Source: an uncultured Spirochaetota bacterium (lineage in GTDB: Bacteria > Spirochaetota > UBA4802 > UBA5550). Taken from it: a stretch of DNA of 64,000 nt. This document shows, in pieces, positions 60,263-64,000 of the stretch. Within the stretch, counting starts at the first letter, position 1; the number at the start of each line of letters is the position of its first letter. Both the position numbers and the translations under genes were made by a program. The stretch is taken from NCBI GenBank assembly GCA_963827275.1, contig CAWHAA010000007.1, positions 96,001 through 160,000 on the forward strand, read 5' to 3'. Below the pieces are notes generated by a model, which made no database searches, had not been told where the DNA came from, and was given only the letters and a program-made list of their open reading frames with translations.

Positions 60263-63012
60263 ATGTTCCTGAAATCGATGGATTTATACGGCTTCAAGTC
60301 TTTTGCCGACAAGACCCAGATCAATTTTGAGCCGGGCATCACCGTCATCATAGGCCCGAACGGGTGCGGGAAATCGAACGTCGTCGATGCGATCAAGTGG
60401 GTCCTGGGCGAAAAGCAGGCGAAGAACATCCGGGGCGATAAAATGGAGGACATCATCTTCGCGGGCACCGAGCAGCGGAAACAGCTCTCCCTGTCCGAGG
60501 TGTTCGTGACCATCGATAACACCAACCGCGTGCTCGACTTCGATTCGGATTCGGTCACGGTGGGACGGCGGATTTTCCGCGACGGCGAATCGGAATACCT
60601 CATCAACAAGTCGCCGGTGCGGCTCAAGGACGTCGAGAAGCTCTTCATGGATACCGGCATCGGCAAGTCGTCCTACTCCGTGATGGAGCAGGGGAAGATG
60701 GACCTCATCCTGTCAACCAGGCCGGAGGACCGGCGGTATATCTTCGAGGAGGCCGCGGGCATATCCAAGTACAAGTTCCAGAAGAAGGAGTCGCTGAAGA
60801 AGCTCACCGAGACCAGCGACAACCTGGAGCGGATCAACGACATCATCAAGGAAATCGAGCGGGAAAAAGACTTCAAGTCGAAGCAGGCGGAGACCACGAA
60901 GGTGTACCTCTCGCTGAAGGGGGAGCTCGCCGACCTGGACGTAAAGATAAACTGCCTCCGCTACCAGGAGCTCTCCAGGAAGCAGGCGAAGATCCAGGAC
61001 GATATCGAAAAGCACAACCAGGAGCGTGAATCCATATCGGCGCGGGTCTCCACCACGTCGGCGGACAACGAGAAGGACGAGAAGCGGAAGAACGACATCC
61101 AGCACCAGCTCTTCGAGCTGGAAAAGCGGCTCCACGCCTACCGCATCCGCGTCGAGGACATCGACGTAAAAACCGAAAAGAACAAGGGCCTCATCGAGGA
61201 AGAGAAGACGCTGAAGAAGGGGGTCGAGGACAAGATCGTCGAACGGACGAAAAACCTGGACCGCCTGCTCGACGAGAAGAAGAAGGCGGAGCAGGCGGGC
61301 GTCGAGATCGGCCGGAAGATCGAGGACGACCGGCAGAAGCTGGCGGCCTTCTTCACGACCCGGAAGCGGAAGATCGAATCGATCCACACCTCGCGGGACT
61401 CGATCGAGGAAAAGAAGCGCCAGATCAAGGATTCCGAGGGCAGCCTGAAGGAGCTCCGGGCGCTGCTTGAGGACGTCATCAGGAAGCTGGTCGACGCCAT
61501 CGAGAAACGGAAGGCCGAGCTGGAGGGGTCGGAGCAGGAGCGGTCACAGGTGCGGCGTATCATCGACGAGCGGATCGCCGCCATTGAGGAGTCGCTCCGC
61601 AGAGCGGCCTCCGAGCTCCGGGGCGGCATGGCCGACAGGGCGCTCGAGCTGCTCCTCTCGATCGACATGGGCTCGCTGAAGGGCGATATCCTGAAGTTCG
61701 AAAGCTACGAGGACGGGTTCCGCTCGATCCTCTTCGACAAGACGGGCATCCACGCCGAAAAGGAGGGGCTCGACCGGAGGATCAGGGAGCTGATCGAGGG
61801 GATCGAGCGGCTGCGGAACGAGATCGCGGCGCTGGAGGCGCACATCCAGCACGAGCAGACCGAGCTCGAGGACGTCAACCAGATGATTACGCGCATCGAG
61901 AAGGACCTCTCGCGCAACGAGACCGAGCGGGACTGGAACGAGAAAAACCTCCAGTCGCTGGGGGCCCAGATCGTCGATTTCCGCAAGCAGCTGGAGCATT
62001 ACGGCGAGGAGATACGTCCGGGCTGAAAAGAAGATCGAGGACCTCACCGCCGAGATACGGGAATGTGACCAGCGGCTTATCGAATTCAACGAGCGGAGCG
62101 AGTCGCTCGTGAAGGAGATCGCGGGCCCTTACCGAGAAACGGGTGGGGATCGAGAACAAGATACACGACCGGAAAAACGTCGCGCGCAAGGACGAGGAAG
62201 AGCTGCAGCGCGTCGTTGAAAAGATCACCAACCTCGACAAGTCGCAGGTGGAGCTTATATTCAAGAAGAACAGCATCGAGGAGCACCTCTGGATCGAGTA
62301 CGAGAAGAAGATCGACGAGATCAAGGACCTGAACGTCAGGGACGCGCAGATCGATTCCCTCCTGGCCCGCAGCCAGGACCTCAAGAAGCAGATCCAGGAC
62401 CTGGGCCCGATAAACAACCTGGCCATCGAGGAATACCGCAATCTTAAAAAGCGCTTTGAATACTACATCAAGCAGAAGAAGGACATCGAGAAGGCGAGGG
62501 AGGACATCTTCACCGTCATTGAAGACATCAACCGGACCTCCGTCGAGATGTTCATGGAGACCTTCAAGAGCATACAGAAGAACTTTTCCGATATTTTCCG
62601 CCAGCTCTTCGAGGGTGGCGAGGCGGCCATCCAGCTCGATGACATGAACAATGTCCTGGAATGCGGCATCGAGATCCTGATCCGGCCGCCGGGGAAAAAG
62701 CTGAAGAGCATCAACCTCCTCTCCGGCGGGGAGCGGGCGCTGACCGCCATCGCGCTCCTGTTCGCCACCTACATGGTCAAGCCGTCGCCATTCTGCTTCC
62801 TTGACGAGATCGACGCGCCCCTTGACGAGCTCAACGTCGGGCGCTTTGTCCGGCTTTTAAAAGAGTTCGCCCGCGGCTCGCAGTTTATCATCGTCACGCA
62901 TAACAAGAAAACCATGAGCATCGGCGAAACGCTGTATGGCGTAACGATGGAAGAGCCGGGTATCTCCAAGCTGATATCGGTAAAAATGGACAAGATTGAA
63001 GGGACCAATTGA
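60263..63012 (+). CDS. smc: chromosome segregation protein SMC (short form), two +1 frameshifts near 62018 and 62127
   Basis: GFKSF, GPNGCGKSN, FEEAAG, LGPIN, LSGGE, LDEIDAPLD; the intervening frame restores a continuous coiled coil. Confidence 0.93.
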
Positions 63013-63144
63013 AAATAACTTGACATTTCATATATATTAATTTATATTCTTTTTAAAAGGTTTCTGTGTACCTTTCATGGTACCAGGCTTATAATGACCG
63101 CCCGGTCAAGAGTTTTTCTATCGAAGCACAAAGGAAGGTGTAAT

Positions 63145-63711
63145 ATGAAAGTTTCCATTGATGGAATACTGGGGACTGCGAAGAAGATCAACAGCCAGAG
63201 GGAACTGGAAGAGAACAATTCCAACAAGAAAAAGGGCGAGATAAAGACCGATTCGGTATCAATCGGCACGAGGATCAACTCGCGGCTTGACGCAATGGAG
63301 GCTGAATTCAGGGACGTGCAGTCCTCCCTTACCAAAAACCAGATTATCAGGGACGGGATCGAGCAGCTCCGTGCCGATTTCCAGAAGGGCGGGCAGGAGC
63401 GGCAGAATATCATCAATAACGTCATGTTCGAGGGAAAAAAAGCGCTCGCCGGCTTCGACGCGGAGCCCATCAACCCGCAGTTCCTTGACGCAAAGCAGGA
63501 ACATACCGCGCGGATGATCCATGATGACGTAACCCGGCTGAAACGTCTCCAGGTGGAGCTTGACAACATAATGGCATCGGACCTTGTGGGCCAGGACCGT
63601 CTCCAGAATATCATGGCCAACATCGATTCGATATTTCCCCGCTCCGGCATGACGAATATTGAGAGCATTTCATCTCTCAGACCGGATACGGTCATGAGGC
63701 TCATTAAATAG
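63145..63711 (+). CDS. hypothetical helical protein
   Basis: AAGGAAGG RBS, 188-aa ORF. Confidence 0.7.
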   Translation: MKVSIDGILGTAKKINSQRELEENNSNKKKGEIKTDSVSIGTRINSRLDAMEAEFRDVQSSLTKNQIIRDGIEQLRADFQKGGQERQNIINNVMFEGKKALAGFDAEPINPQFLDAKQEHTARMIHDDVTRLKRLQVELDNIMASDLVGQDRLQNIMANIDSIFPRSGMTNIESISSLRPDTVMRLIK

Positions 63712-64000
63712 ACATTTTTTATCCTCCTTCACCGGGCGGACCCCCCGCATGTGAATGATGCGGTCCTTCGAGAGCGGACGCGTCTTCATGGCATCCATAA
63801 TTCACCTGATCAGCCGTCACGACCTGGCCTGGATCCCGCATGCCCGGTGTCACGCGGGCAAGGGAGCATTTTTTCGGGTAAAAACTAATTTTTTTTTGAC
63901 AAAAAAAAGGCGTAATATTTTCTGATTCTTATATTTACTCCGTGACGAAAAATTGTTATTTTAGAAGCGAGTGTTGTCTCGTGCCGGGGCTTGCTGCCTG

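Noticed and set aside
25267..63012. Programmed ribosomal frameshifting or pseudogenisation in fliJ, slt, peptidase, fusA, smc and others
   Set aside because: All are isolated +1 insertions with no shared slippery site and no other decay, so sequencing error is the simpler explanation

Overview
GC-rich bacterial chromosomal window, most likely from a spirochete related to Leptospira (inferred from the FlbB collar protein and spirochete-type FliH/FliF). It holds a flagellar basal-body/export cluster (flgB-flgC-small ORF-fliE-fliF-fliG-fliH-fliI-fliJ-slt-flbB), housekeeping genes (mobB, coaE, engB, efp, malQ, an EF-G paralogue, rpsU, rarA, pyrE, smc), membrane signalling proteins, lipid-metabolism enzymes and an orphan HTH-fused m6A methyltransferase. 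I found no rRNA, tRNA, CRISPR array or transposase. The strongest unexplained signal is a non-coding array of eight phased 22-bp units built on the palindrome CCGATA-AC-TATCGG (16679-16854). The same motif recurs upstream of, and inside, an AT-rich gene for a predicted tandem ribbon-helix-helix protein (46701-47192), and once more at 39329. This suggests an undescribed DNA-binding-protein/centromere-like-array system. Also notable are a 53-codon ORF between flgC and fliE, three inverted REP-like doublets and a structured element between fliI and fliJ. Eight single-base (+1) frameshifts in seven genes look like sequencing errors.
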